A stretch of DNA of 64,000 nucleotides from NCBI GenBank assembly GCA_012295275.1, contig CM022679.1, positions 29,884,001 to 29,948,000 on the forward strand, given 5' to 3'. Each line of letters starts with the position of its first letter. The stretch's first letter is position 1. This DNA is from Chrysomallon squamiferum (lineage: Eukaryota > Animalia > Mollusca). The notes beneath the pieces are model-generated. The model made no database searches. It was not told the origin of the DNA and saw only the letters and a list, made by a program, of their open reading frames with translations. This document shows positions 12,483 through 35,880 of the stretch, piece by piece. Position numbers and translations under genes: made by a program.

Positions 12483-15369
12483 AAACAACAGTAATAAACA
12501 AATAAATAAAAACAGAAACCACAAAATATCCGAATATAAAGAATGAAATTTACAAATCAAAAGTGTATATTAATTACAAATTTATTTTTCAGCTTCCACA
12601 ACCTAAATTAGTAATTAATATGGATCAATTAAATGATGTACCTTAACATATATTTCAGTACGTTATTGTTGATGTTTATCTTTTTATCTCTGTTTCCTCT
12701 TTTTTCCAGATGGAGAAAATGAATACTGAATATTGAAGACAAAACATGTACCTAAGGAATTACGAAATAATCGTTCGTCAATGTTACATATTTTCACCTA
12801 GATTCCAGTTTCTCGTCTCTGCGTTCTACTTACATTTTAAAAACACGCTGACTTCCTCAAAGAAAAAAGTCTTGAACTTCTTCAGAGGTATTCTGAAACA
12901 GACAGTCGCATGAAAGAGAAAACGAATGTCGTCTACAGTTTCATCATCCACAACGTTTTTGTTGAGTCTGTGAAACTTGACGAAAGTAAACTGAACAAAT
13001 TTCGCAAGAAGCAGCTTCTTTGTGGAGAATGTAAACATTAAATATCAACATTCCTGGTAATCATTTTAGAACGTGCATGATCCATGGGAGGTAACTACAA
13101 TTTTGAACATGTCGACAGAGTTATTTCCCGTGAAATCAACGAAATTGAGACGGACTTGATATTTTCTTTTCATTTTTAATTTAATAATCTTTGTTAACAT
13201 TTCCAAAGCTACTACAATATTAAGTACTACAAAAATTAAAGAAAGCAAAATAAAAACAACAACAAACAAACAGTAGATAGAAGGCACAACAGAAATAGAC
13301 TAAACAACAAGAAGAAAATAAGAATAAAATAAAATAAGAAAAGATGATGTCCCATTTTTACGTTATCAGCTGAATATAGATGTTGCAGCTGAGGTAGAAA
13401 TAACCTTTAGATGACGTAAATATTTGTACATGTGTACAAAGTAACCGATTCGCTATTTGAAACAGTAATATTGAAAGAAAGAAAAAATAATAAATAAAAT
13501 AAAGCAATAATAATAATAGGAAGAAAAAGCTAGCTAGATATTTAAATAATTCAAAAATAAATAAATAAATAGCATTATAAAATAATAATAATAAAATAAA
13601 AATAAAAAGGTAAATATGTGTGTATATGTGTATGTTATACTTACCTGTGTATATGTATATAACTTAAAATGTCAGTTTTTTCCTGGACAAGTTAGATTTG
13701 TCAGGTTTTGTTCAGTTGTAATTTGCTCTTTGACCTCAGCGGGATTAAAGCTAATTTCTGAAAACAGTAACCAGTTATTTCTTTTATCCTGCAATCCAAA
13801 GTAATACAAAATCTGAATGAAATTAACTGTTTGATTTCTCAGCTTACAACTCTCAACAGTAAAAAATTACAGATTTTGTTGTTGCCTACAAACATGTACA
13901 TCAAATCAAAACAGTTTTTAAGTAACAACAATTTATTTATTGTTTAAATGAAAACGGTCTTTTAAGGTCTAAACCAGTAATTAAAACACTAAGGAAACAA
14001 CTTGGAACAATAACATATATGAACTTACGTATGTATATATGTGGCAACTAATTTAACGAAGTTAAAATAGTTTCATATCGGAAAATTATATTTTGGGTCA
14101 AGTGAATAAAAATACAGAAATTAATCAAGTCATAATATCATGATTTATATTGATTGTAGAATAAATACCTTCATAATTTTCATTTATTTATTGCTAGTTA
14201 AATTATTATTATTAATTTATATTACCTGTATTTTATTTCACTTTTGAACAATGAACATAAATTTTCTACGAAATTCAATAAATAGGGCGTTTTTTAATAA
14301 ACGAAATAAAGTTTAGATCCTTTTCAATTCAGTTGTTGAAAAACAAGTTCGATATTAACGTAATGCATTAATAATAGTTTAAACGAGTTTAACATGCAGG
14401 GCGTTTTTCAGGTTACAAGGCGAAGAAATAAAGTTTAGATTCTTTAGCTGCTTAATTCAGTTGTTGTAGAGCCTTATTCTCGATATCCACTTACGAAACA
14501 TTAACGATTTATAAAATTTAACCTAACATTTTATAAGGTTTTTTATCGTAATTTTGTTTAGTTTGGTTTATGTCTCGATGAATTACTTATTGCATTCAGT
14601 TTACATATGTGTAATTTAATACTTATCTGCTTTTTGTTTTTCTATGATTTATGTTATAAAAACTAAATAAACTGCATGCCAGTTGTTAATAACGCAACAT
14701 TTTGTATAACTCAAGTCTCCTTATAAAAAGTTCGATTGCCGTTCTAATTAATTTAATATTTGTATTTCATACCAGTCCAATTTATGACTTGTGTTCGTTA
14801 TGTGTACCGGGTTTTCTTTTCGATGAATTTAAAGTATTATTCATTATATTTATAAAAATTGTGTAGATAAGGCCAGATGGATGTGTTTGTACAGACAGAC
14901 AGAGAGGAAAAAAGAAAGAATATATACAGATATATATATATATTTTTAGTTTTTTCTCTTATTTTTCTTATACAACGAACTGATGCAATCATTTTTTGTT
15001 TTCACGTGCTTTTATTGAAACTTAATGCAGCTTTAAAAATAAATAACTAATACAAATTTTTTATTTTTATTAATGAGATATAAAAATGACATTTTATATG
15101 ATTCTTGCTATAAATGTCTTGTCTCACAAGACAAAACTTTAATCATCACATATTCTATTAACTTGTCGTGATTACTTTAATTAAGAGATTATTATCATTA
15201 ATTAGAAAAACGGTGTCTTTTTACTTTTCGTTGATTCTAACAAAAACGTTCATATTTTACATCATTTAGAAGTAACCAATATATTTCTTTAGGAAACAAG
15301 TCGATGATCATGTACTGCTCTGAAAATAAAGGAAAATAATGCATTATTAATTATTACATTCTTAGAAGA

Positions 15370-15952
<583 letters not shown>

Positions 15953-16038
15953 ATTTAAAATATGAAGATATAGGAGTAGTTTCTTCTGTTTTTCTGTATC
16001 GTTAAGTACATAATAATAATATTAATTTAATAATAATC

Positions 16039-16128
<90 letters not shown>

Positions 16129-16230
16129 TATTAACAATGAAGGATGTATGACCAAATTGTTTAACTATATAATATAAACCTCGTTAATAGAGGGAGACTT
16201 AAAGAGCCAAGTTTTGTACCTGAAAACTGA

Positions 16231-16349
16231 TTATTTGAACAGTCCAAAGAAGAGTGAAACCAGTATGAGAGTCACTGACGCAGTCACCATGGTGCCGTCT
16301 CATGAAATAATAATAATAGTAACAATAATAATAATAATAATAATAATAA

Positions 16350-16380
<31 letters not shown>

Positions 16381-17542
16381 AAGAAGAAGAAGAAGAAGAA
16401 GAAGAAGAAGAGGAAGAGGAAGGAGAAGAAGGAGAAGAAGATGAAGAACTACAAGAAGAACAGCAACAACAATAAAATTAATAATAATAATAACAATAAT
16501 AATAATAATAATAATAACAACGAGAACAACAACGACAACAACAACAGCAAGTGAGAAAAGGTTGTAATTTTTCAATAATTGTATTAGGTTTGCCATAGCG
16601 TGATTCGTAAATTGGCGAACAATAATTTGTGATATTCTGTGGTCAGACAATATTTATTATCTTTTACTTAGACAAATAAAAAACTGTAAAGAGCAAAAAA
16701 TCGAAACTGTAAAATATGTTATGAAAAACACACACACTGACACAGTCACAGACACAAACACAGACACAGACACACACACAACAATAACATCACAGTCTAT
16801 GTTTGTACGACGTTTTCAAGATGTATAAATAATTATTACCACAAAAAGCGGACATTTCTTTCTTAGCAGCGGTGAAATCGGCGTTCCCAGAACAACCAGA
16901 GCGGTCAATACAGTCAACATATGCTCTATATGCCCTAGGATTAAATATATATATATATATATATCATAACATTTCAGTTCAGATATTTTGTAGAAGAAAA
17001 AATATAATTGTTGGTTATAAGAATAAAATTATCTTGAGTTTTAATAAATAAATAATAAAGTTTTAAATTTTCGTTTTAAAAATGGCCTCCACTCAATGAC
17101 ACTTTTTGCTGGGATCCCCGGCTGCAGCCCCGATAGCATTTTCCAGAGTCGATGCACATTCTGAAAATTCTGTTGCGTCACACTCACCATTCACCAAAAC
17201 AGCGACACCTAGTGAGAGAAAAACATGTTTGTTTTAGTAAACTCTGTAACCTCGCTTGCTAATGTTTTACAATCACCATTTCTCATATTCTCACTTTCTT
17301 TCTTTCTTTATCTTTTTCTCTCAGTCTCTTTTCTGTCGTTTTCTCATTCATTCTGTCTATCAGTATATCTTTTCTGTCTCTCTGACTCTACTTCTGTATG
17401 TCTGTTAACGAATGTATTTATTTATTTATCTCTGTCTATCTGACTGTCTATCTCTGGATTGATTTATCGATTTCTATCTACCAACTTTTCTCTCATCCAT
17501 GTTCTCTCTCACTCCCTACATAATTAGTCGGATTTACCCGAA

Positions 17543-17606
<64 letters not shown>

Positions 17607-17634
17607 TTACTATTATTACTACTACTACTACTAT

Positions 17635-17700
<66 letters not shown>

Positions 17701-17777
17701 AAAACATCATAGACATAATAAATTAATCTCTTACACTTACCAAACAAAACGACTAAAACCAACATTACAGTCTTCAT
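16231..17777 (-). pseudogene. Small secreted/GPI-anchored 6-Cys protein, copy 2; exon-2 donor mutated GT>TT (possible pseudogene or base error)
   Basis: Exons 17741-17777, 17097-17208, 16840-16934 and 16231-16298: MKTVMLVLVVLFGVAVLVNG-ECDATEFSECASTLENAIGAAAGDPSKKCQAYRAYVDCIDRSGCSGNADFTAAKKEMSAFC-DGTMVTASVTLILVSLFFGLFK*. The donor reads CA|TTGAGT (17096) versus CA|GTGAGT in copy 1. Confidence 0.6.
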
Positions 17778-19009
17778 GTTAGCAGCTAAGTGATCACCAG
17801 CATACAAAAATGAACCAAGTCAGTCAGTCAGAAATTAATGTGCTGCAGAGAAGCTCCGTGAGAAAGTATTTTATTTTGGCCGTCAAGAGACGAAGTAAAG
17901 GGTAGAGCTAAGGTAAACACCTTTTTTTTTTTTTTTAGCTCTCTCTCGCTTTCTTTATTATTTTTTTGAAACCCTTTTTAAACTTAACTACAGACATCAC
18001 TTTTGTGTCGGATTTGAATGACAGGATTCACCTTTTTGTAACGCTCAATTTTAATAATGGTTATAAAATGATAATTTTTTCCCAACGAAATATTTCTAAT
18101 CAGATCAGATTCAGTATTGGCAAGACCTGTTTCTTAGGAAGGTTAAACAGATAAAAAGTAGAGCGCACCCTCGTTTTTCTTCTTTCGATTGCCTACGCAT
18201 GAATATGTATGTCTATTATGTATATATGTGTTAATGTATGTATTATGTAAATAAGTATGTACAATTATGTAGTACTTACGTACGTATAAATGCATATATA
18301 TATGCATACGTATATATGCGTGTGCGCGCATGTTTGTGTGTATGAGGGTAAGATATGTTTATTCTGTGCATTGTTGTAGTTGACAGTAGATATACCGACT
18401 GACAGAGAGAAAGTGTATCTAAACACATAGGTATGTGTGAATGATACGTGAGTTTTATTATATTTAACATCACAGTTAGCCACAAATCATCTCCTGTTCA
18501 TTTAGACAGAAAATCGTTTATCATCACTTTGTGTTAAATAACTAATTTTCTAAAAAGAACGCTATGTATTCAAATATCTCAGGTAATAGGGTTATATGTA
18601 GACACGAACTGTGTACAGATCAGTGTTCCGTATAGCCTGAGTATTTTCTTTGGGTGAAACAGCTCTAACGGGATTTTGTTTATATATCGCTTGTTCTTTG
18701 CCTGATGTACTCGGGCTATGAGCAAAATCGCAGTCAATCAAAGTTTTAGTTTAACTATCATACAGCAGTTTTTGGTAATAATAGATCAACAGTATTTTCA
18801 GATTTGTATCATTTGTTGAGGAATCACTTGTTAGACGTTCTATGAAACAACAATACGACATTGCTTTATTCTAATTTTTTATCTTATATTGGTTTAAATT
18901 TAAACGAGAAACATTCATTTTATTTACAATACTTAACACTATTTTAAACTAGAAACTTTTTATTTTAATTTTATTTTTAATTTTATTTTTAATTCTTCTT
19001 CTTCTTCTT

Positions 19010-19040
<31 letters not shown>

Positions 19041-19749
19041 TACGCTGACTTTCCTCAAGAAAAAACTGTCTTGAAGTTCTTCAGAATTATTCTCAAATCG
19101 ACTGTCGCATGAAAGAGAAAACGAACGTCTTCTATAGTTTCATCATCCACAACGTTTTTGTTGATTCTGGCGAAACTGGACGGAAGTAAAGTGAACAAAT
19201 TTCGCAAGAAGCAGCTTCTTTGTAGAGAATGTAAACACTAAATGGCGCAGTTCGGATTCAAAAATAGCAACAGAGAAGACAAAAGTCAAATGTTGCCAAA
19301 TATCAACATTTCTGGTAATCATTTTAGAACATGTATGGTCTATGGGAGGTAACTATAATTTTCAAGATTGAGATAAATGACGACAGAGTTATTTCCCATG
19401 AAAACAACGAAATTGAGACGGACTTTGAAATTTTCTTTTCGTTTTAAATTTAATAATCTTAGGTAACATTTCCAAAACTGCTACAACATTAAGTATGACA
19501 AAAATTAAACAAAGGAAAATAATACAAACAACAAAAAAAAAAACAGTAACCAGAAGGCACAACAGAAATAGACACAGCATTACCAATAGAAGCAGGATTA
19601 TTACTAGATGTAATATTAGTGTTAATAGTCGGGTGATGGAAGAAAAGTGACTGATGTGGTAGTCACGTTGTGATTGTATTTATCACAGTAGAAGCAAGTA
19701 ATGCTGATAATTCGAGTTTAGTTCAGTTGTACGTAAATTCTAAACTGAG

Positions 19750-19802
<53 letters not shown>

Positions 19803-20014
19803 TGTAAGATGATGTCACATTTATACGTTATCAGCCGTAGATAGATGTTACAGCCGAGGTAGAAATAACCTTTCGACTACGTAAATATTTGAAGAGCAAT
19901 ATTTATGCATGTTTACAATGTAACCGATATGCTATTTGAAACGGTGATACATATACAAAAGAATATCTACATGATAAATGTACCCTATATCCACAAATCT
20001 GCAAACACACACAC

Positions 20015-20053
<39 letters not shown>

Positions 20054-20377
20054 TTATGTGTATATGACTGTGGATTTTGATAAAAAAAAATATATAATAT
20101 ATTTAAAAAAGAAAACAACAAAGGAATAATGTATTTCACTTTAAGAATACTTGTCCGCATTTTACAGCCAGTAACTAATGGTTTAATGTTTAATTCATGA
20201 ATCCAGTATGGAAATACGAGCTCTTATCTGAACCTCTCACTTTAACTATCTGGGTATTTAGCTAAGAAGATAACACGAGTTTGTTTAATTTATGTCAACG
20301 TCTCGATCGACGACATCTAAGCATGTTTACACGTTTTGTACCCTGTAGTCGGTCACAGAGAGATAAAATCCTGTGAG

Positions 20378-28588
<8,211 letters not shown>

Positions 28589-30131
28589 CCAATCAGCGAC
28601 ATTTATCAGTTAGTAGTCACTGGATTATTACATCTTTTTTATTTTCTGGATTAAAGTTACTACTTCACTGCTGCAGCTGCAAGCAGAATGTGGGAACCCA
28701 AACGCAAAAATTGTGTAAAATGTTTGAAATTTACAAGTTGTAAATAAAAATAATTCAAGATGGAAGAATCATTTGTTAGGTTCTGAAAAAGAAAATCAAT
28801 TCAGTAAAATACGTTTAATAAAAAGCCATCATTTAATTGTAGATCTGGCGTTGATTGTTCATTCTTTCTGGGTTTTTGTTTCTTCAGATATATATTTTAA
28901 CGATGCTTTTAAAGCAGTGTGAATGTAATCAATTATTAATAGCCTCACTCTTTCATTAACGGATTAATATGGCGTATGAATAGTTTCTGTTTGAATAGAG
29001 CTTCAGTCGTAACGTGATAAATACGTCAAATGTTTACCAAGTTCTCAAGATCGCTTAACTGTTTAACCTGTTTCGGCTGTCGTGATTTTACAAATGTTTG
29101 TTTGTAACGTTAATGTGCACGACGAGTCCCTCATTCAGAATAATGTCATATTCATTTACAATCGATGTCTGTAATAAAAATAATTTAAAAATAAAACTAA
29201 CGAAAAAAAAAAAAAAATAATAATAACCTCATTCTAATTCGGTTTTTATTTTCTAATTTATTTATTTATTTATTTATTTTCTTTTAGTAATGATAATTAT
29301 TCTTTTTTCTTCACAGATAAATGTTACAGACATTCGTTTGAAAGAGAAAACGTTTGAATATTTTAGTTACTGACTCTACTATTCATTGTAGCGAGAAAGA
29401 GGTTGTCAGAAATAGCCAGCTTCATCCGTTGTTATGGAAACATAACCTTCAATATTTACATTATATCACGTTACATTTTTTTATGTTTTTTTTTTATGTT
29501 ATATTATGTTATGTTCTAAGTAATATTGTGCTTGTTACGTTATTTTAAGTTATACTAAGCATGTTAAATTCTATTATGCTCTGCATGTTACGTTTTGCTA
29601 TTTTATAGTTTGCGCTGCTATTGTAGCCTATGTGATGCTGTACTATATGTTTTTTTATGAGGTTATTTTTTGCTTTTTGTGCTATGCTACGTAATTTTAT
29701 GTAGTGCTGTATTATGCTGTGTTATTCTCTGAAATGCTCCATTATGTTATGCAATGCTATGCTATGTCATGTTATATTTATGCAAAGCTATTTTATGTTA
29801 TGCTTATTTATGTAATGTTATATGTATATATATATATAGATAACAGTACATCATATCATATATTTTATTATTACATTATTCTATTATACTATATTATATT
29901 ATATTATATTATATTATATTATATTATATTATATTATATTATATTATATTGTTTGCATTACCTTCTGTATTTTGTTTTATTTTGCTCCTTTTGTCAAATA
30001 TATATATATATATATATATATAAATGATTAAGTGACGTGTATATAATTTTTCTTCATAATTTACTTCTCTATAGATATCGACTTCAACTTAATAACCTAA
30101 TTCTCACTGAGTAATAAAATATAGATTTACC

Positions 30132-30166
<35 letters not shown>

Positions 30167-30600
30167 CTAATGAACAAAACAAGCTTAATGATGCAGAAAA
30201 CAACCGAGACACACCTCACTTAATCATTTGTAAAGTAGATTTCTGCTCGTTCTGTCTTCTTTCTAGGCAGCATCAGAAATAAACGAGATCTAGATGTTCT
30301 GCTACGCTCGTTGTTTGGCAGCATGTGTGAATAATGAACGTACCCGCTCGCCGACTGGTTATCAAGAGTTGCCGTCTCGGAAATAATTAGGACAAAAAAC
30401 CTGTTAGTCGGTCACACTACAGCTATAATAGAGACTGTGCACTGCAGTACTAGCCATCCAGTCCAATAGGTGTGTCAGACACTTTAAAACGAAACGAAAT
30501 TCCGGTGTTTCTTCTAAAGTCAAGAGTGGCCTGTAATTTTAGTTATATTATATACAACAGAAAGCATGCGATTTCAGTACTATTATGGAAATCTCATTCC

Positions 30601-30636
<36 letters not shown>

Positions 30637-31501
30637 AAACATGTATGTTTTCTGTTTTAATATTAAAAATAAATGTTTTGCCGTGAATATAAAAACATAA
30701 GCACGAAATATTAAAAAAAAAACAACATTGATGTAGATAATTTTGTCGCGTTATGTTTAATGACTGAGCTGTTAACAAAATATAATACCCGTACTCGACA
30801 AGAATTAACCCACATTACCGATTTTCTTTATCTGATAAACTATTCACTCGTCTCCGTTTTATGTGTAAGTGTTGCAAATGTCGTCTGTGTTTTACACATA
30901 GCGACTCCATTATCGTCACTTCTGTCATTTACTTTCCTTTTCTTTTACCTTGGGACAAGCATTGAACGTGTAAATAAAGGCACAAATCAATCGTTTTTCA
31001 TAAATTTATCTCATTCAGCGTACAAATATGTCACAGTGTCTTGAGTTTGTTTAAACGGTTTGTTGTGAAACGGGAAAAAAAAGAGAGAGATACAAAAGAT
31101 CAGAATTATAGCAAAGTTCATTGAATTTTTATTGCAGTAGATTTGATCTGCAAACTTAAAAATCGCTATCTGTCTGTCTCTCTCTCTCTCTGTCTCTATC
31201 GTTGTGTTTGACTGGTGTGTTTGAAAGAAGGTATTAAATATGAAATTTTCCGGTACCGACGATCTTACTGAGAATGAATACGTTCTGAACAATACTGACA
31301 TATGATGTCAATGAACGCCATCCTGTGGAAATACAAGTGTTAATGATCCTATTATCATTCAACAGAGGCTAAAGTAATCGCCGGAACAAGTGAAGATAAA
31401 GCGTATAGGTATATACCATATATCTGTCTCTTGGTCTATATGTGTGTGAATGTGTGTCTGTGTGTATGTATGTGAATGTGTGTGTGTATATATGTGTGTA
31501 A

Positions 31502-31538
<37 letters not shown>

Positions 31539-32137
31539 CTTTCAAACTGTGTGTCTATATGTCTGTCTATGTATATATACCTCTACATATGTCTGTTTAT
31601 CTTCTGTGTGCCTGTATTTCTGTACATCTATCGACCGTCTGTATTTACATGTCTGTATGTCTGTCTGTATGCCTGTATGTCTCTCTATCTACATCCCTGT
31701 TCCTATCTACCTACCGATCTAATAAATTATAAAAAGATACTAAATTTGTATAAACAGCTTTTAACAGTTGTATGTGTTAAATATGAGTCTCATACATTGT
31801 GTATCATAATATCATTCTGCCATATTTCAACCGAAACTGCCTAAAGAACTGAAGAAATAACCGATGCGGTCTGTTGTGGTCACAAATAATGTGTATTTAC
31901 CACACATACAAATGATTCCATGAAAGCAACATGTTTTATTTTCGCACGCACCATTTCTGGATAAACAATTTGTCTGAAAAATCAGATCAGAATATTCTGT
32001 CATCTTGATACAGGACGTTGATGTCGAATATCAGTTTTACATATTGCACCAAAGCGGATTCTATTTTTTTATTTATTCTGTTTCAGAGATTCTCAATTCA
32101 TTGATATTTGCAAACTTGTTTCTTTTACTGTACATAT

Positions 32138-32178
<41 letters not shown>

Positions 32179-32958
32179 ATACATAATATTACAAATATCA
32201 AATAGCATTTTTCACTAACAAAAGTATTACAAATAATCTAATAGTTATGACAGACCAAAATATCAGAAGTCAAATTACTTTATTTTATTTATAACTACTT
32301 TTAACATAGTAAAATTGCCCTATTTTATTAACAAGCAAATTGCTTGGTTTTGTTAACAAACATGTTACAAGAAATCTCTATAAGAAAAATTGCATTACAC
32401 GTAGTCAAACTGTTGTTTTATTAACGAATGTATTGCAAGTCGTCCAACTGACATTCCAAGTCAAATTACTTAATTTCATTTACAAACACATTAGAAACTG
32501 CTTGGCTTTTCTGTTTTAGTTTCAAACAAAGAAAGAAACAAACAAACAAATAAATAAAAGACAGCAATATCACATCAGTAACGGGTATGTTACATTTTTT
32601 TTTTTTTTTTTTTTTTTGTGGACGTTTGTCACAAAAGTAATTAAGAAGAAAAACTACGTACAAATGTGTTTTGGTTCATGCTTTCTCACAGAAACACCTA
32701 ATCAATCTCGTACTCAGAAGCATACATTTTGAATTGTTTTAATTACATAGTGATTTTACAATCAGCGTATTCTAAGATGAACTTAATATATATAACACAT
32801 TTATTTGTTATCACTCCTGTTTCAAGATTGAACAGAAAAAAAGTTTTGTCATAAAATTACAGCAGACAAGTGAAAACTTTTTCTCTCATCAATAATAGTT
32901 CCATTTACAGTAATTAAATCTTTTGTAGTTTTCAAGTGTTTTAATTTGTTTTAATTTT

Positions 32959-33026
32959 AGTTGTATGAAAAAGAGATTTCGCAAATAGATGATAACTTTC
33001 TATAACATCTAGAATCATTCCATTTC
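32959..33026 (-). pseudogene. Duplicate of the CTLD C-terminus directly after copy A stop
   Basis: Reads KWNDSRCYRKLSSICEISFSYN* versus KWNDSKCYRKFSSICEIPF* just upstream. Confidence 0.8.
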
Positions 33027-33027
33027 A

Positions 33028-33383
33028 TTAAAAAGGTATTTCGCAAATAGATGAAAACTTTCTATAACATTTAGAATCATTCCATTTCCAGTCAAACGAC
33101 TTTTTAAATACTGCACAATTTTCCTCACCATTGCTGTTGTTAGGCTGATCAGGGTACCAGTCAGTAAACACGACTTCTGTGTCACTGGAATTCCATCTCC
33201 ATTCGCCCTCTTTCAGACAATCAGTTGCACCAAACCTCACCGCAGCCGTGTCAAGATCTAAAGTGAACAGTTGAAGGAGAAAGGTAACATTTTTAAACTG
33301 GTAATACTAAAAACAAAACAATACTACTACTATTACTACTACTTCTGGTTCTACTACTACTACTACTACTACTACTACTTTAT

Positions 33384-33421
<38 letters not shown>

Positions 33422-34066
33422 ATAATAATAATAATAGTTAGAAGAAGAAGATGTTTCTTCGTAACATCTCGTACCTTTTATGACTTCTCGTATATAACTA
33501 TTTTTCTCAGCAGACTGTATTTCCATCAACTGTCCCCCTTCTTCTATACACGTTTTTCTAGCCTCCTCAAATGTTGCTAAAGTTTCATGAATCTTGTAAA
33601 AGAAGGGGAAAGTAGAGGCCTTGGTGTATCCAACATCCAGAGGTGATGTTTCTGATTGAATAAGTAAATAAATACGTAGTATTAATTGTAGTATGGGTTT
33701 TGGTCGACATGGGGAGTTTTATATACAGCCTAAAGCAAATAGGAAAATAGACCAAAAAAAAAAAAAAAGAAGATTATTTGAACTATTAAATATGACATAT
33801 GTGTCAGTTTTCGTTAAAAAACAACTAAATAATAAATAAATAAATAAATTATCGCATAATTAACTAGGAAACCTGAATTTATCTTTTCACAAGATTTTTT
33901 ACAAACTGACATATTGATGGATAGAAAAGTGGAAGCAATTAGTTTTAGGGAATTAAACATTCGTTATTACTGACAAATATTTTGCTTCACGTATTGTAAA
34001 GCTAATTTGAACAATTACTCCTTTCTTTTTTTGTTTTACAGGTAGACAGAAAGGTGGATATTTTCG

Positions 34067-34097
<31 letters not shown>

Positions 34098-34955
34098 ATT
34101 GATTTAGTTGTATTATTTTACCTGTTCTGCAGTTTATTGTTTTTGTATCAGTTATACAGACTGTGCCGTTTGGACAACCGTGATCCTCACATTGAAGGGC
34201 AAGTCGCTGAAGTAACAAAATAAAAAAAATATCAGAAATGTTCTTATTACTGTAAAATGATAATTATTCGATAAAGTAATAATCTATATGATATGCTCAA
34301 GAAATCAGTTTGGCTTTATATCGGTAAAAAAAAACCCAAAACATTCCTTTTGTCATCGTTTTGTTTCAACTTCTCAATAATATTTTTGAAACACAAATTC
34401 CACAAACACATGTACTGTAATGCTGGCACATCATCACACATATAGAAAGACATAAGCACATAAACATACATACACAGATACATTCATACAGATACATACA
34501 TACATACATACATATATACGTACATATATATATATAAAGATATGTATGGATGTATGGATGTATTTATTTTTTAATCCATATAATATATTTCTGCAACATA
34601 TTTAGAAAATTTATGTCTAAAACAAATCTAATTAACATACCTTTGGCCAGTTCTGTATTTCCGAGTAAATACTTCCATTTTTGAACAGCAAATTGCCGTT
34701 ACTTTCCTGGTTTAGTTCACAAATGTTCGTGGTAATGTCAAAGTTGATGCTCTGACATCTTCTTCTGAACAGACATTGCTGAACACATCGTAGTAGTCCG
34801 AAGTCTTTGAACATAAGAAACGTGCTTGAAGAACTAGTGTTGTGTTGAAAGAGATCACTGAAGTTGTCGTAGTTGGTACACACAGAATAGTGGCACCAAA
34901 TTAATCCAAAGACGTGAAGAATTAGAACTCCAAGAAACACATTTTTGAAAAACAT
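33028..34955 (-). CDS. Secreted PAN/apple + C-type lectin protein (perlucin-like CTLD), copy A, intact, 268 aa
   Basis: Exons 34641-34955 (signal + CVQQCLFRRRCQSINFDITTNICELN PAN motif), 34122-34206 (4-Cys linker), 33475-33651 and 33028-33257 (CTLD: FEEARKTC, FGATD, GEWRW, QPN, WND, ICE). 807 nt in frame. Confidence 0.88.
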
Positions 34956-35849
34956 GTTTTAAGATTCTTCTAGTTTTGGCTCGAAATTGGAGGAATTACA
35001 TTTTGAATGTTTTTCAGTGAATTCAGAAACAAATACTTTCATGTAAAAAATCACGTTATTAAACACATAAATAACTTTCCTTACGTTAAATTTTTACAAG
35101 AGAACACGATATTACCACATCGTTCTACACAGTGATATGATTCTGCAATGATAACTTCTTAAGCGTTGACATGTATAATAAATTGATTAGTTTACATCAA
35201 TACGTCGTTATCTACCTCAGTTATTGTTCCAGATAAGCGCTCTTATTAGAAGAAAAGCTTTTGCATTTGCTGAAAATATATTGATTTTTGTTGAACTGTC
35301 AGATACCACTGTAGGTCTATGAAAAAAATGTAGTTTTGAAAAGAGAGACGAATGTATCATTTTCTTACTCTGAAAAGAATAGCGTTTATCGTTTTGTCTT
35401 TTGCGCGTTTCCAATGCCTTTTTGCCAGGGATTATTTACTTACGATCGTTCAGTAAAGAATACGGCAATCAACTGAAGAATTGTAGCAGAAAAGATAAAA
35501 TTTTCGTTTTTCGATTTTTATCAGAAAGCGAACGTTCGACATTTATTTGTTGACCTTCTGTTGTCGTTTTAAATCTAAACAGATATAATTGTTGTAAAAC
35601 ATTTCCTGTACAGGTATTTTGAGAAGTAAACAGATGATTGGTTGAATTGAAATGACTTTTATTTTCGCACGTACTGTTTCTGGATTATGACATGTTTGAT
35701 AAATTAAAATATTGTATTCTGTTTGTCGTACACGTATTCGAAAGAGATATTGACATTTGTTTCCTTACTGGATAAAAGGGATTTAATATATATTTTTAAT
35801 AATTATTTTTTTGAGAATCTGAATTCTGTGTCATATTGTACGAAGTAAA

Positions 35850-35880
<31 letters not shown>

